Assembly (NCBI GenBank): GCA_964187785.1
Contig: OZ076409.1
Span: forward strand, 10,232,001-10,296,000
Length of the DNA stretch: 64,000 nucleotides
Direction: 5' to 3'
Origin: Amphiscolops sp. MND2022
Taxonomy: Eukaryota
Shown: piece after piece, positions 11,908 through 23,559 of the stretch
Layout: the number at the start of each line of letters is the position of its first letter
Position numbering within the stretch: position 1 is the stretch's first letter
Position numbers and translations under genes: made by a program
The notes under the pieces: model-generated
Told to the model about the DNA's origin: nothing
Database searches by the model: none
What the model saw: only the letters and a program-made list of their open reading frames with translations

Positions 11908-13307
11908 GACTGGGAGGACAGTGTGGGTACAGGTTGTTCGCTGATTTTGTTGGTTGGAATGGTGAATTCATGTTTCTTCCTTCTGGGGTCATTTGCTGCA
12001 TTGGTTCCGTTCCAACAGTTCTCAGTTTTGTGCATCTTGCCACATCTATCACACTTGGGCTTGGGTGCTTCGTTTTGGGCTGGGTCTTTTGTGTTTGTTT
12101 TGGCGATATTGTAGCGCTCTCGTTGAAGTCGGCGACACTGTGCTTTATAGTGGCCATATTTGCCACAGTGAAAGCAATGACCTCGTTGTTGTTGGTCTTT
12201 TTTATCGTCCGTCACTACGGCGTCCACTGTGATGAGTGGGACTAGGGTTGTTTCGTCGGGCGCACCTAGTCCGTTTAATCTCATTTCCCTCTCAAGATGC
12301 AAAACTACGTCAGTGTAGGGCTTATCTTCCAAATACGCTCTGTTGAGGATCTTCTTGACGTGATCCGGCATTTTGGCGTAGATTGCTTTATCAATGAATC
12401 TTTGTGCTTCTGAGCCGAATGCTTCTTTTGCAGTTTTTTGCAGGGCATCAAGGAACTCATGGAGTTTCTGTTTAGTGGGGTCAAAATGCAGCGCATCCCA
12501 CTCGCATCTCGCTTTAGCACATGATTGGAAATCACCAAAGCGACGTTTGAATGCCGTTATGACTTCTTCTAGGTTGTCTTTTTTAGTGTCATCTAGATTA
12601 CAATACGCTTGTAGCGCGTTTCCTCGTAGGAGTGAATGGAAGTAGTTGATCTTTTGTATCTCAGTTAGGTGAGGGTACATTTTGATATTATTTCGGAATA
12701 GGTCCTGAAAAAGTTCAAACTTTTCGGACTTACCATCGAAGACTGGAAGCGAAGCAGTGAGTGCTTTCGGCATCGGAAGTAGGTTGGTAGCTGAAAATGT
12801 TTGCGGTTGTGGCGCGAACAGTATTTTAGATGTTGAAGGACGGTCTTTTGTCTGCTCGTTGGATGCACGTTGTTGTTTCGATCTTTTCGTGGGTTGGTTG
12901 GTAGAGTCATTGAGGACTCCTGTCACCATGTTACGACTATTTATCGGTGTTGTTTTAGAGTTAGCCGCATTGTGAGTTTTGACTGGGGTAGACGTCCTTG
13001 CTACGGAAACATTCTCCGTTTCAGAGTCAGAGTCTTGAACATTCACGTGGCCAGTTTGTTTCTTGTTTAAAGGCGCTATCAGTTTAAGCATTTCCTTTTG
13101 ATTTTCCGCAAGTATTTTAGTCAGATCAGACATAATCTCCTTTCTTAGTGACGTTTTAATCTCAGCCAAGCCCTCTGGTTCTATCCTAGGAATCTTGCTG
13201 GAACTTGCTAAAAGGGTTTCAGGCGGAAAGTTTTCGGTTACAGAAGTTTCGAAATCACCAGGGACTAAACCAGCTACGATTATCTTTTTCTGGCTTCTAG
13301 TTGTCAT
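11898..13307 (-). CDS. gag: Gag of element A (469 aa from the first ATG), two zinc knuckles
   Basis: LPVFDGKSEKF...LLRGNAL capsid-like motif; CFHCGKYGHYKAQC and CDRCGKMHKTENC. Confidence 0.9.
   Translation of the reverse strand: MTTRSQKKIIVAGLVPGDFETSVTENFPPETLLASSSKIPRIEPEGLAEIKTSLRKEIMSDLTKILAENQKEMLKLIAPLNKKQTGHVNVQDSDSETENVSVARTSTPVKTHNAANSKTTPINSRNMVTGVLNDSTNQPTKRSKQQRASNEQTKDRPSTSKILFAPQPQTFSATNLLPMPKALTASLPVFDGKSEKFELFQDLFRNNIKMYPHLTEIQKINYFHSLLRGNALQAYCNLDDTKKDNLEEVITAFKRRFGDFQSCAKARCEWDALHFDPTKQKLHEFLDALQKTAKEAFGSEAQRFIDKAIYAKMPDHVKKILNRAYLEDKPYTDVVLHLEREMRLNGLGAPDETTLVPLITVDAVVTDDKKDQQQRGHCFHCGKYGHYKAQCRRLQRERYNIAKTNTKDPAQNEAPKPKCDRCGKMHKTENCWNGTNAANDPRRKKHEFTIPTNKISEQPVPTLSSQSKN
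12914..12928 (-). promoter_or_regulatory. Primer-binding site of element A (tRNA-Leu-like)
   Basis: TGGTGACAGGAGTCC abuts the LTR end and is identical in element C; the first 13 nt differ at one position from the typical tRNA-Leu(CAG) PBS TGGTGTCAGGAGT (from memory). Confidence 0.75.
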
Positions 13308-15311
13308 TTCGGTTGAGAGAGAGAGAGAAAGTATCTTTGGAAAAGTTGAATTCTTCGAAGAGTTTAGTTTCCTTTCAAACACGTTATGATAACGGAACAG
13401 AGCTAATTATTACAAAGCAGGTCAAAAACTAACTGAATTACATGTATGTTTTACATATTTATACCTTCCCAGCATCATTTGTTCCTCACCTAAAAATTCC
13501 TAGGTATCACAAAAATCGGGTTTGTTCAACAAAAAGTGCTAATGATTCATATTATTTCAGTCCCGCGTCATAAAATCAGGTATCAAAATTCCTAGTTGCG
13601 TCAGCGTTCCGTAAAACTTTGTTGAAATCATTTTTGTTCAGGCGATTCATTTCCTGTTTGAGTTTCAAAAATGCGGCAAAATAGAAGTCTAGCTGGCATT
13701 TTCATTAGCGTAGGCACCCCGGCGTGATCAATTAGTCAGCAATCAGGTTGGGAAACTGAAGTTTGAAGCAAAAGAATGACACTCAAAAATGGCGACGGAA
13801 TCGCGACGGAATGAATTAACTTGGAAGCGGAAGGAAAATATGGAAATTTGGTATAAAAGAACAAACGATGCTGAAACGATAATCCCAAATTCAAACATAT
13901 GAATTACCTGCTAATGGCATACTACATCATTTATACTGAACACAAATTAAGTCCGAACGGGACTTTAACGGAATGCAACAATGATTATACTGCTAATTAG
14001 ATGAGCGCAACATATTCGTAGTATTAAGTGGAAAGCAACTTCAACATTTTACACAATAATCGTGAAATTTGTCAGAACATAACCATAGTTTGGGTCAAAA
14101 CATAATCATAGTTTGGTCATTAGCCTGATTGTTGTTATCACAAAATACAACTGTTATTACTGACTTGAAAACAAGGAATTAGCGTTGACCTTACGTCTTG
14201 CATTAGGATTATTATTAAGATATTTTAGGTGCCATAGTAAACCAAGTAGATTTGTTCCATTAAGGAAGTACTAAACAAAGCATAATGTCAACGCGATCTA
14301 GTGATTTACCATGATGATATAAATCCAGAACATAAAAATACCATTGCAATTTCTATCATCCTTCCTTACAGTACAGTTTTCCTTATATAAGAATCATAAC
14401 TCTTAAATCTTTTAAACGCATCGATTTAAAAAACTTCATTTGGTTTTCGTTTGAACCAGTATTTCTCATTTGCGATTTTACAATTCGCTCCGTAGATGCT
14501 ACGTATTAAGATTACCTATAGTTGGACAGCGGAATACAATTTTACAATCCGCTCCGTAAGTGCTCCGTACGTATTAAGATTGCATATAGCTGAGCAGCAG
14601 TAGCAAGCGGAGTGAAAACGGAGAGCGTAGGCGATTCTATTCTCTTTTCTAAGCTAGTAAGCGTTGCTAGGGGCAACCAAGCGTAATTCTACTGGTACGA
14701 GCTCAGATTATTCCGCCGGCAAGTGACGCTATTGGTCCGTAAAAATAGAAACGCCTGTTACTAAGCCTAGTTGAGTGACGCTGTCATAACGTTGTAAACA
14801 TTTACTTAAAATCACTTGACTGCGATTTTAAGTGGATATTTAACAACTACTTTAATATTGGAATACATTTCCACTCTGTTTTTGTATGTTCTTTCATTTT
14901 AGATCTCATGGACTCCGTTGGGATCTCGGAGTTAAACGTTGTTTTTGTGTTTTCATTTTAGTGTGGAGCGCCAAAATGATCCCGTTTGCAAAATTATTTA
15001 GTGTTTAGATTGGAATGGAAAACTCAGAAGATAAAACCGGAAATAAAGCGGTGTTGCGTGTGAAAACATTAGACCGGAAGTTTTAGCTAGTTTAAAGTCA
15101 TTTCTTAAAATCTTCCGTAACGCTTACGTTGAATTCTGTATCTGAAAATTATTCGCACTTATTTAACTGTACTGTAAGTAGAATTTTTGGTTTGGTTTTG
15201 ACTAGTTTAACAAAGTTTAAAGGTATTTACTCTGTCCTTGTCCATGTCCTCTGCCGAATCCCGGTATTGCAGAGCAGCAAGTAAAATTACAACCGGGAGC
15301 GGGTCGTGACA
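12929..15311 (-). repeat. 5' LTR of element A (~2.38 kb)
   Basis: Termini TGTTACGAC...GTCGTGACA form an imperfect inverted repeat; PBS is adjacent; the right half matches 1-1137. Confidence 0.82.
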
Positions 15312-15983
15312 GTACCAGTTAGATTTCATGATGCCTCTTGTAAACAGCTTACATCCACTTCTCAATGTTTTTTGTCTCATTTTTCGAAACATTATAATGA
15401 AAGAACGATTCAAAATGCTTCTAACAGTTGTTTGATTCGTATCGTATTTATTTCGAAATCGAATGCTGCAGATGAAATTGTAACCTTCATGTGATACTGG
15501 ATCTCTATAACTTGTGAACTGTCTGAAGACAAAACAATAAACTGGCATTTCTTCAAAAATTAGTCATCGTAAAAAAATGATCATAAGTTCTAAGGCTGTC
15601 ATTCAGGAATTGCTTGAAATTAATATTTGATATCGGGTACCAGTTTCAAATTTCTGTCAACTCATCAGCGCCCAGTTTCAAAAATATTACTTTCATCTGA
15701 GAGCATAGGTTATCTCGAAATGTTGCTGGATGATAGGTGGTTCAGGAGCGTGTTCAAGATGTGCCAAATGCTAAAATTTTGCATTCAATGTTAACCAAAG
15801 GAATGCGAATCACCAATTTTGAAGCTGGGACCCAGACAGTTTATGGTCTGGTTTGAGTTGATCATGATCACATTCAAAACGGCATTAAAAAGTTTCTTTC
15901 GTAAGTTTCTTTCGCATTCAATCCTTTTATTTCCAACATTTCTGTACCAATTTAAAATACAATACACTTACTTCAAAAAACCC

Positions 15984-16260
15984 TGAGCTGTTAAAGACTG
16001 TTTTATGTTTAGATTTAGTTCTTTTAGAGAGCACATAAGAAGTGTAGAAGTCTGAACAGGATATCGTCTGTTTAGCTAGCTATTTCTAGAATCACAGTTC
16101 TCTGAGATCTCAGTTAGGTCTTTCTCTTCGAAGAAAACTAATCAACAGATCAGAATCCGACTTCTCTTTCTTCTGAATATATATCATCAGCAATTTTATC
16201 AATGATTGCAGGGATTAAATATAATTCTGAATATTCTAAAGTGACAGTAATAAGATTCTC
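15984..16260 (-). repeat. Partial 3' LTR of element B
   Basis: Shares TGAGCTGTTAAA, CATAAGAAGT, TAGCTAGCTA and TCTGAGATCTCAGTT with the D LTR; inner boundary approximate. Confidence 0.7.
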
Positions 16261-19200
16261 AAGTGACACCAATAACAATAAATACTAATGATGTTATCAC
16301 CAAATGTCAGCAAATTCGTTTAGCTCTTGGCTCTAACATAGACTCGGGCTTTAAAATTGTTGTATGTTAGACGCAGCTTCTGTGCATTGCTTTATACAGT
16401 ATTGTTAATAAAGCATTGTTAATAAAGTAAATTGTCTAAGGTTATGTTGTTTTTCCGAATCATAGTAAGAAACCATAAGATTTGAAAATATCGGGTCGTC
16501 TGATGGAAGGTAATTTTTTGTTTTAGTTGGTGTTATAGGTATTGTGGATGTGAAAGTGAATATCGATGAATGTAGTATAAAATTTGTCATTCAAAGGAAA
16601 GTATGTTCTTTAAGAGGAAGTTGTATATTTAGGACCTGAGTATGGATTGAAAAATACGATTCTGTCATATGCTAAAGTTGGAAAGTTGGGATCTTTTTTC
16701 AAATTCTATATCAGTGACTTCAAATGGAGCAGGAGTGGTTGTATGTTCTCTTTTTGAGACTTGGAAAACTGGATAAGGGTTTAAGCCTTGAAACTTGACT
16801 TTTACTTCAAATTCTACTTCTACGTTAGAAGTTTGAAGTCGTGTAAGTTCTGTTTCTTTTTGTTTATTCGAAATGAATCGTTAGTTGTGATAAAACGTTC
16901 TGTAAGAATGGGAAAGCGTGGTTCGTGTTTTGGATCATATGTAGTACAACCATCAACTCGTATTGGATAACCGGCTAAGTTAGGAGTTGGATGTCGAGAA
17001 TGTTCTGCAGTTATTTTTTATCAATAATTACCAATTATCAAGGTTAAAATATGATTGTGGAACCAAATCTGAAGATTGAGTATCAGAAGATAGAGGATGT
17101 GCGTGTAGTCTTGCAAGTCGTAATACAAAATTGCTTAAGAGCGCAGAAAAAATGGTTGTTGAAGTGTCTGTACTTAACCTTCGTGAAGGAAGGTTTCGGA
17201 GGTTATATTTATGATGAGGAATAAAAAGTGCGCTTGTAGATTCTTGTGATGGTGTAAATTCAGAAGAATCGTCTTAAAGATTTGATAGTAGTGTAGATGA
17301 TTTTCAAAGAGGTTTTAGTGGAGTATATGTTTTTGAAGTTGTTCTGTTTGATTCCGATGGGAGTTGTAATAAAGGTATTAGTGTATAATCAGTATCAGGA
17401 ATGTGTACACGATTTAGTTGTGGTTGAAGTCTAACAGTTTTGATAACTGAGGGCGGTTTATAGATTACATATCGTTCAACATGTTCTGGGTTTGGTAAAT
17501 GTGTTAAAGGAGTGTGAGTTGGTGATGGTTGAGATTGAGAACGTGTAGTGCTAGCAATTTCTGATATGGGTGGTCTACTTGCATGAGAAATAGACGTAGA
17601 TGATACAGAAGAGGTGTCAATAATTTGTGATCGTGGCATTTTAGAAGGCCTTACAGGAGTTACTTTATGAGTGTGTGTTGTAGTAGTAGTGGTTTGAAAT
17701 TCAGAATTACAGTATAGACTTGGAGCAGAAGAAGATGTACCAGAAGAAGAATCCAGGATTATAGTTTTGTGGAATAGAATTGAGTTCATATATGGCTATG
17801 TTTCAGTGTGACCAACTTTCATTTATCTCCTCTTCAGTGTGACCAACTTTCATTGAGCTTCTCAAGGTTGTGAATGATTGTTTCAAATCTTTGAAGATGA
17901 TATGAAGAGACGATAATCCTTTTTTGGTTGGTGTCTGAGGTTATAATGAGTTTTAATGTTTCGGTCAACTGACGTATTAGGTAACATAGATTGGTTTTGA
18001 GATGGATGGCGTGAATGTGGATGGCGCGAGGAGGTAATTCGTTTTGATGAGTTTTACTTAGTTGTTTGAGAGACGAGTTTTCATTTGTCATGTTAGAGGA
18101 ATTATCCTTTGAGAAGAGATTTGTGGAAGATGTAAGAAGTGGTAATAAAAGGTTACGAAAAATGAGGGGAAGTAGGATCATTTTGGGATGAGTTTTTGTC
18201 GGATAGGGACTCATCAGAATTAAAAGGGGAAGATCTTGTGAAAGGAGTTCATATGTAACATCGGACAATCTGTCGAGTGTTTTGTATAGGACAATCCGAA
18301 GGGGTTTGATTTGTCAGAAAAACGAAAGTGAGAAAAATTACGTTTGAGTACAAAAGTGCCAAGAGGAAGTGGTTCACCTTCATGTTAGGTTTTTGTGATA
18401 TATGCGTGAGAATTTAGTTTCCAAGTGTATTTTCGTGTACTGTAGAGTAAATTTGTAACAATGCAGTTTCCACTGCAAGGAACCATTGGATAAGAGGTTT
18501 TGAAAGAGTTTTGTAAAAGAAGGGATTTAAGTCCATTTTATCATAATGTGAGTTTTCAGGCAGTTGGGAGCGATTATGTGAAATTATTGTTTTGGATGTG
18601 TTTTGATTGAGGTTTAAATCAAAGGTTCGGGGAATTCGTGGTCGTGTGTGGAAAACAATTTTATGAGAGGAAACAGTGAGTTCTGAAAGAGGTTGTGAAT
18701 TGTGTGCGTCTTTACGAGAAATGCCCAATCTTTAGAAGTAACGTGGAGGAACATACAGAGATGAGTGCCATGATTTCTGTTTTGTACTTCGACAAGACCA
18801 TTTGTCCAAGGAGAATAAGCTGTTTGAGATAATTTCTGATTCCCATGAGTGTACAAAGTTGTGTCATATCGGTATTTATTTATTCTGATCCGCGATCAGT
18901 AACAAGGTAATTTGGTTGACCAGTATTTGTATAACAAAGATGTGAATTTTTTTTACATCGGTTTAAGCATTATTTGATTTGATGGGGACTGTTACAACAA
19001 AATGAGTGAAAGCGTCTATTTTTACGTGAATATAAAGTTTGTGTTGTGAAGGAGGATTAATAGGTTCTTTTGTATCCATAGAGATTCTATAATTGAAGGA
19101 AGGAGCATGTTCAGAAAAAGATTGTGTAGGAGCAGTCCGTATTTCCATATTGAAATGTTTATTGCGTTGATATTCAGAACAATCGTGTACGAAAATTGAT

Positions 19201-21308
19201 AACCATTTTTCAAGATAAGGTATAAAATTTCATTGAAAGAAAGTATTATGGGTGATTTTAATACCAGCGTGGCGTGGGAGTGTTCACGTAGTTTGTTAAA
19301 GACAGTTTTGAATAGTCTAATAGGAAGGCAGATTCTAATAGTACTTTGCATTGTATTTGGAAGTGGATTGGGATGTATTGAAGAAGACCAGGTAAATTTT
19401 TGTGTATAAACTAACGAGGATTGTGGTATCATCTATAAAAAGTTGTGAGAATCGTTTAAAATAGGCTTGGAGAAAAAGAGTGCCAATTATCAAGGGTTTA
19501 GGAATTTCAGGCTGGTCATTATGAGGTAAGCAAGAGCAGACTGATCTGAGAACAGGATCTTGAGATTGTTGTTGTTGAACGGTCTTAAGGTCCAAGGAAC
19601 AGTCATCGGGAAGAAAGAACCTTGAAAATATATTAATTTTTTTTAAAAAAAGGATGTAACATAAAAGGGTATGATTTGTGAATAGTGTGTAGAAGGTTGA
19701 GAGTGTGTTTTTAAATCCATTGCAGAATTAGATTCTGGTTTTGTAATGGGTTTTGGTTTGGTTATGGTGGAGAAATTTTCTTCATGTAGAGTTTTGGCAT
19801 TTAAAAAAGTTGAATCAGGTTTGGGAAATCTAGAATATATATGTTCTTCATCATCGCTTGTAATATCAGTATCATTGAGTGAAAGAGATTGTTGATGAAG
19901 AGTTTTGTTGTGTTTTTTTGGGTGTTTTGAAATTGGATTGGAAAGGAGTAACAGATTTAAAAGTAAAAGGAGGTTGGAGGTTTAACAACAAAATATTCAA
20001 TTGTCACAACAAATTGTCAATTATGCGTATCGAAAATTGGGCTAAATACCAAAATCGGCAAGAACTGGATGGGAATCATGTTTTTGATGTGGTATTATTT
20101 TTTCATGTTTAATCAAGTAATGTACGGGTTTCATTGTGTTGTTTTGTAGTATTGCAAAGTCAATTTGAGGTGGAAGTTAATTGTGTTTCAATTGGTTTAG
20201 TTGTAATTCGTCTTTTGTGTAGGAAGAACGACTTAACATATCGGCAACAGAATGATTTTTGCCAGGCGTGTGGAATATTTTAAATTTAGAGAACTTTATT
20301 ATTTGATTTGAGCTCTATAAAATGGTGGACTGAGATTTCCTTTTTTGTAAAACAATGTAAAAGAGGTTTTTGATCAGTGATGATATGAATCGGTTGTGGA
20401 GATCCAATAATGATAAATTCAATAATATGAAGGGCATGTACTTTACCAAGAAATTCACAGTCCAGTGTGGAAATGTGTGTTGTTGTGGATTCGATATGCG
20501 AGAACTGTGACTTTCATTTTGTTTTCTTCGTTGAGTTGGAAGGTGACAGCGCCTAATTCATTAAGCGAAGCGTCTACTGTAATAAAAATGGATGTTTTGT
20601 ATTAGGAATGGTGAGTTCTGTGCTCGACGTAAGAGAGGATTTCATGTATTCAAGAAGGATTTCATGTTTTTTATTTCAAGAAATAAAAAGACGTTCATGT
20701 TCTTCGGTCCAATTCCTTGCGAGGTTTTCATGTAAAAGATCACAGAATGGCTTGAGATTTATGTGAAGTTTTTCTATAAATTTGGTGTAGAAACTGAGTG
20801 CGCCAATGAAATTTATTAAACTGACTCTTACAGTGGGGGCAGGAACTTTGTGAACAGCTGCAATTTTGGAATCTTTGGGTTTAATTGTATTGTAACCTAT
20901 TTCATGTCCAAGAATTTTAACTTTAAGGATCATGAAAAAGGATTTTTCGGGAGCGAGTTTAAGTTGGTTTTTCGTACCAATAAGGTGTAATTGTTCAATA
21001 AGTTGAAACATATGTTTCTTTGAGTTTGATAGAATTAAAATGTCATCTATATGAACAAGAGCAAAACCTTTTTCTATAGGAGTTTTAAAGAAATTTGACT
21101 TTTGAAAGAAATTTGGAAGTCCTTTAAGTCCAAAAAAGCCACGTATAAAAGCAAAGAGTTTATCACCAGATGAAAAACTGGATAGGTTTATGGTTTCGTC
21201 GTCTAGAGGAGTATGTGCATAGGCATACATGAGGTTTTTTAATTTTTGTTTGCGTGTATCACATTGTTCTGTATTGGAGTTAAGGTGTCGACCATCTAAT
21301 ACACATTT
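15984..21308 (-). mobile_element. Element B: degenerate, internally deleted and 5'-truncated family 2 copy
   Basis: Starts TGAGCTGTTAAA like the D LTR; then env N-terminus (YLPSDDP..LMVSYYD), an ORF2 homolog (PNPEHVERYVIYK), and integrase and RT fragments closely similar to D; many stops and frameshifts. Confidence 0.88.
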
Positions 21309-22789
21309 GACAGAATAAATCACTACCTGTCGTTATGTTGCTTCTCGAAAATAATTGAACTAACTTGAGTCGATAACAAATATAACGATCAACAACTTGA
21401 GTCAAGTGATTTTATCATTTTTTGACAAACATCAGCAGCCGCCGGCGGAACAATTAAATTAATATCATTGGCTAATTGAGGCCCACACGTTCAATTTTTG
21501 GTTGAGAGCTCTAGTACTGTTATTAAAAAAACATCCCCCGAGCATTTTCAGGCTCGATTTTAACAAAATCGATCGAAAATTTGAAAATTCCTAAAATTTC
21601 TTCTTGTCTACAATAGTTTAACTTTGAATTTTTCAAGACGAAAATTGAAAAAATTACAGACAGCTGACTGTGTGCAAAATTCGGACTTTCGGCCGTTTTT
21701 CTATTCTTTCAAAAAATGACTTCAAGTTGACTGATATATCCGCAAATTTTAGGCAAGTCTTTTATTCAACTAACTCCCACAAAGCTATTGAATCTACCGA
21801 CATACTTTGATTTAGAAATTATCAACTGTTTTCGAAATATCATGCCAAGTTGTAACATAAAATTCTCCCGAACAAATCCAATCTGACAATTTATATTTTC
21901 TCGAAAACACTGTAAATTACCTAAACATGAGCTCGTTTCATGAATGGCTTTTAAACATGTAATTAACATTTTCAACAGTTAAAAACAGAGTTTTAATTAA
22001 CACAATTTTTAACAAGCCAACATCGGCTCGTTTTGAGCTGTTTCGTCGCAGAGCCTTTTAAAAAGCTAGTGGTTTCTAGAAACGATTCATCTCTGACATT
22101 ACACACTCCAGCCTATAATGAAACAGCCTTTAACACTGTTTATCTCCTTAACAAAGAGGCTTTTGCTTTTGTTGTTCAAACGCAGCTTGTACTGAAAGGG
22201 AAAACATACGATGCAAGAAAGCACAAGGGCGAAGTTAATTGGAAACCCTCTTACGATGACTCGATGACTTCCGGCGGACATCATTGATTGATTTTGACAG
22301 TAGTTGATAATATTTTTGGAAACAACAAGCCGATGTTTCCGACGGTAGATGTTCCTCGTTTTTTTTGGGAACAACTACTCGAAATTTCCAACAGTAATTG
22401 TCCAAAACACAGTAAGATACAATTCAGAACGTAACAAACTTACAAAAGATCAAGGCTGTACAAATGAACTATAAGTCGATGGTAAATTGTACACATTAAT
22501 TTATCAAACGAATAGTAACCTAAAAATTGAAAAATGGTCAACAAAAAATTTCCTAACCTGAAATTATTAGGTAAAATCAAAATTTCATGTGCACTAATAG
22601 GTAATTGAACTATGTCGTAATGATTTGCTGAATGTTCCAACAACAAATACCAAGTTGTAGACGGCAGGGGTGATGAAAAATATTTGTAGGTCACAGTAAC
22701 TGCAATAATATTGTATACAAAAACTGTTTTCAGAACGTTATCAAATACAATATTTTGTTGTGATTTTTTACAATTTGTGTTTTACGATA

Positions 22790-22975
22790 AGAAAAGAATT
22801 CGGAGACATGAGTTGGGTACGAACTACTTCCAATCTGGCGGAGAGACTTTTCAGTCAAGCTAAATACTTTGTAAATCAATATCGAAAAAATGCTGCCCAT
22901 ACATCTCGGAAGCCAAATTTTTCTAATGACAAACGAACAGGTTTGGGATGCTGATTTGATCAACAAATTGATTTG
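22790..22975 (+). pseudogene. hAT transposase C-terminal remnant
   Basis: TTSNLAERLFSQAK...(frameshift)...MLPIHLGSQIFLMTNEQVWD matches the hAT dimerisation motif S-x3-ERxFS...L...FL..N...W. Confidence 0.7.
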
Positions 22976-23559
22976 GTTGATCTTTCAAACAATCTTTTTC
23001 ATAAACACAAAAATTGCAATTCCTGTTTCAACAAAATTTAGAATATTAATATATTGTTCTTTGTATCCCAATAGTATTGCAATACAACAATTAACACGGT
23101 TGACGGTCATTCGAGACTCCAGAGCAGTTTTTCAAACTTCAAGTTGGTGGCACTTTTGGGTAGATTCAGATTTCGTTGAAGAGTTCAAAAATAGATTCAG
23201 ATCTTGTTTTTGTCGTATAATGGTTTATGCGTGTTCTGTTTAACGATAACGAAATGCCATTCAAATTTTATATATCGAGCCACAGTGTACAATTTACTGA
23301 GCACAACAAATAACTCGCACAACAAGAAAGTTCAACATGTTAAGTTAAAAGTAGCACAACTGTATGCAAGACAGGGTGGCTAATGATTGAAGCAACGTGA
23401 CGAAACAAAAACAATGAATTTGATTACCACTCCATTAATTTCATTTTGAAGTCTTTTTGAGGAAAGAAGAAAACAAATGTAAGATGTTCAACCAGGTGAC
23501 CAGTTTTGTGTTGACTAATATCACTAACATAACCTTTATGTAAATATAAACGAAACAAC

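Larger units (their letters stand above)
1..15311 (-). mobile_element. Element A: Ty3/gypsy LTR retrotransposon (family 1), left end outside the window
   Basis: Direct repeats 1-1137 and 14175-15311; gag, then PR-RT-RH-IN order on the minus strand; PBS next to the right LTR. Confidence 0.95.

Noticed and set aside
6669..13389. Numerous plus-strand ORFs opposite gag-pol of A (likewise in C and D)
   Set aside because: Shadow frames of biased coding sequence, with no motifs or splice logic.
15312..15316. Target-site duplication of element A
   Set aside because: The left end lies outside the window, so it cannot be tested.
15207..15548. 113-aa ORF across the right end of element A
   Set aside because: Spans flank and LTR, so it is a junction artefact.
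21320..23400. Complete hAT element around the transposase remnant
   Set aside because: No convincing TIR pair or 8-bp TSD found by eye; only the C-terminal fragment is supportable.
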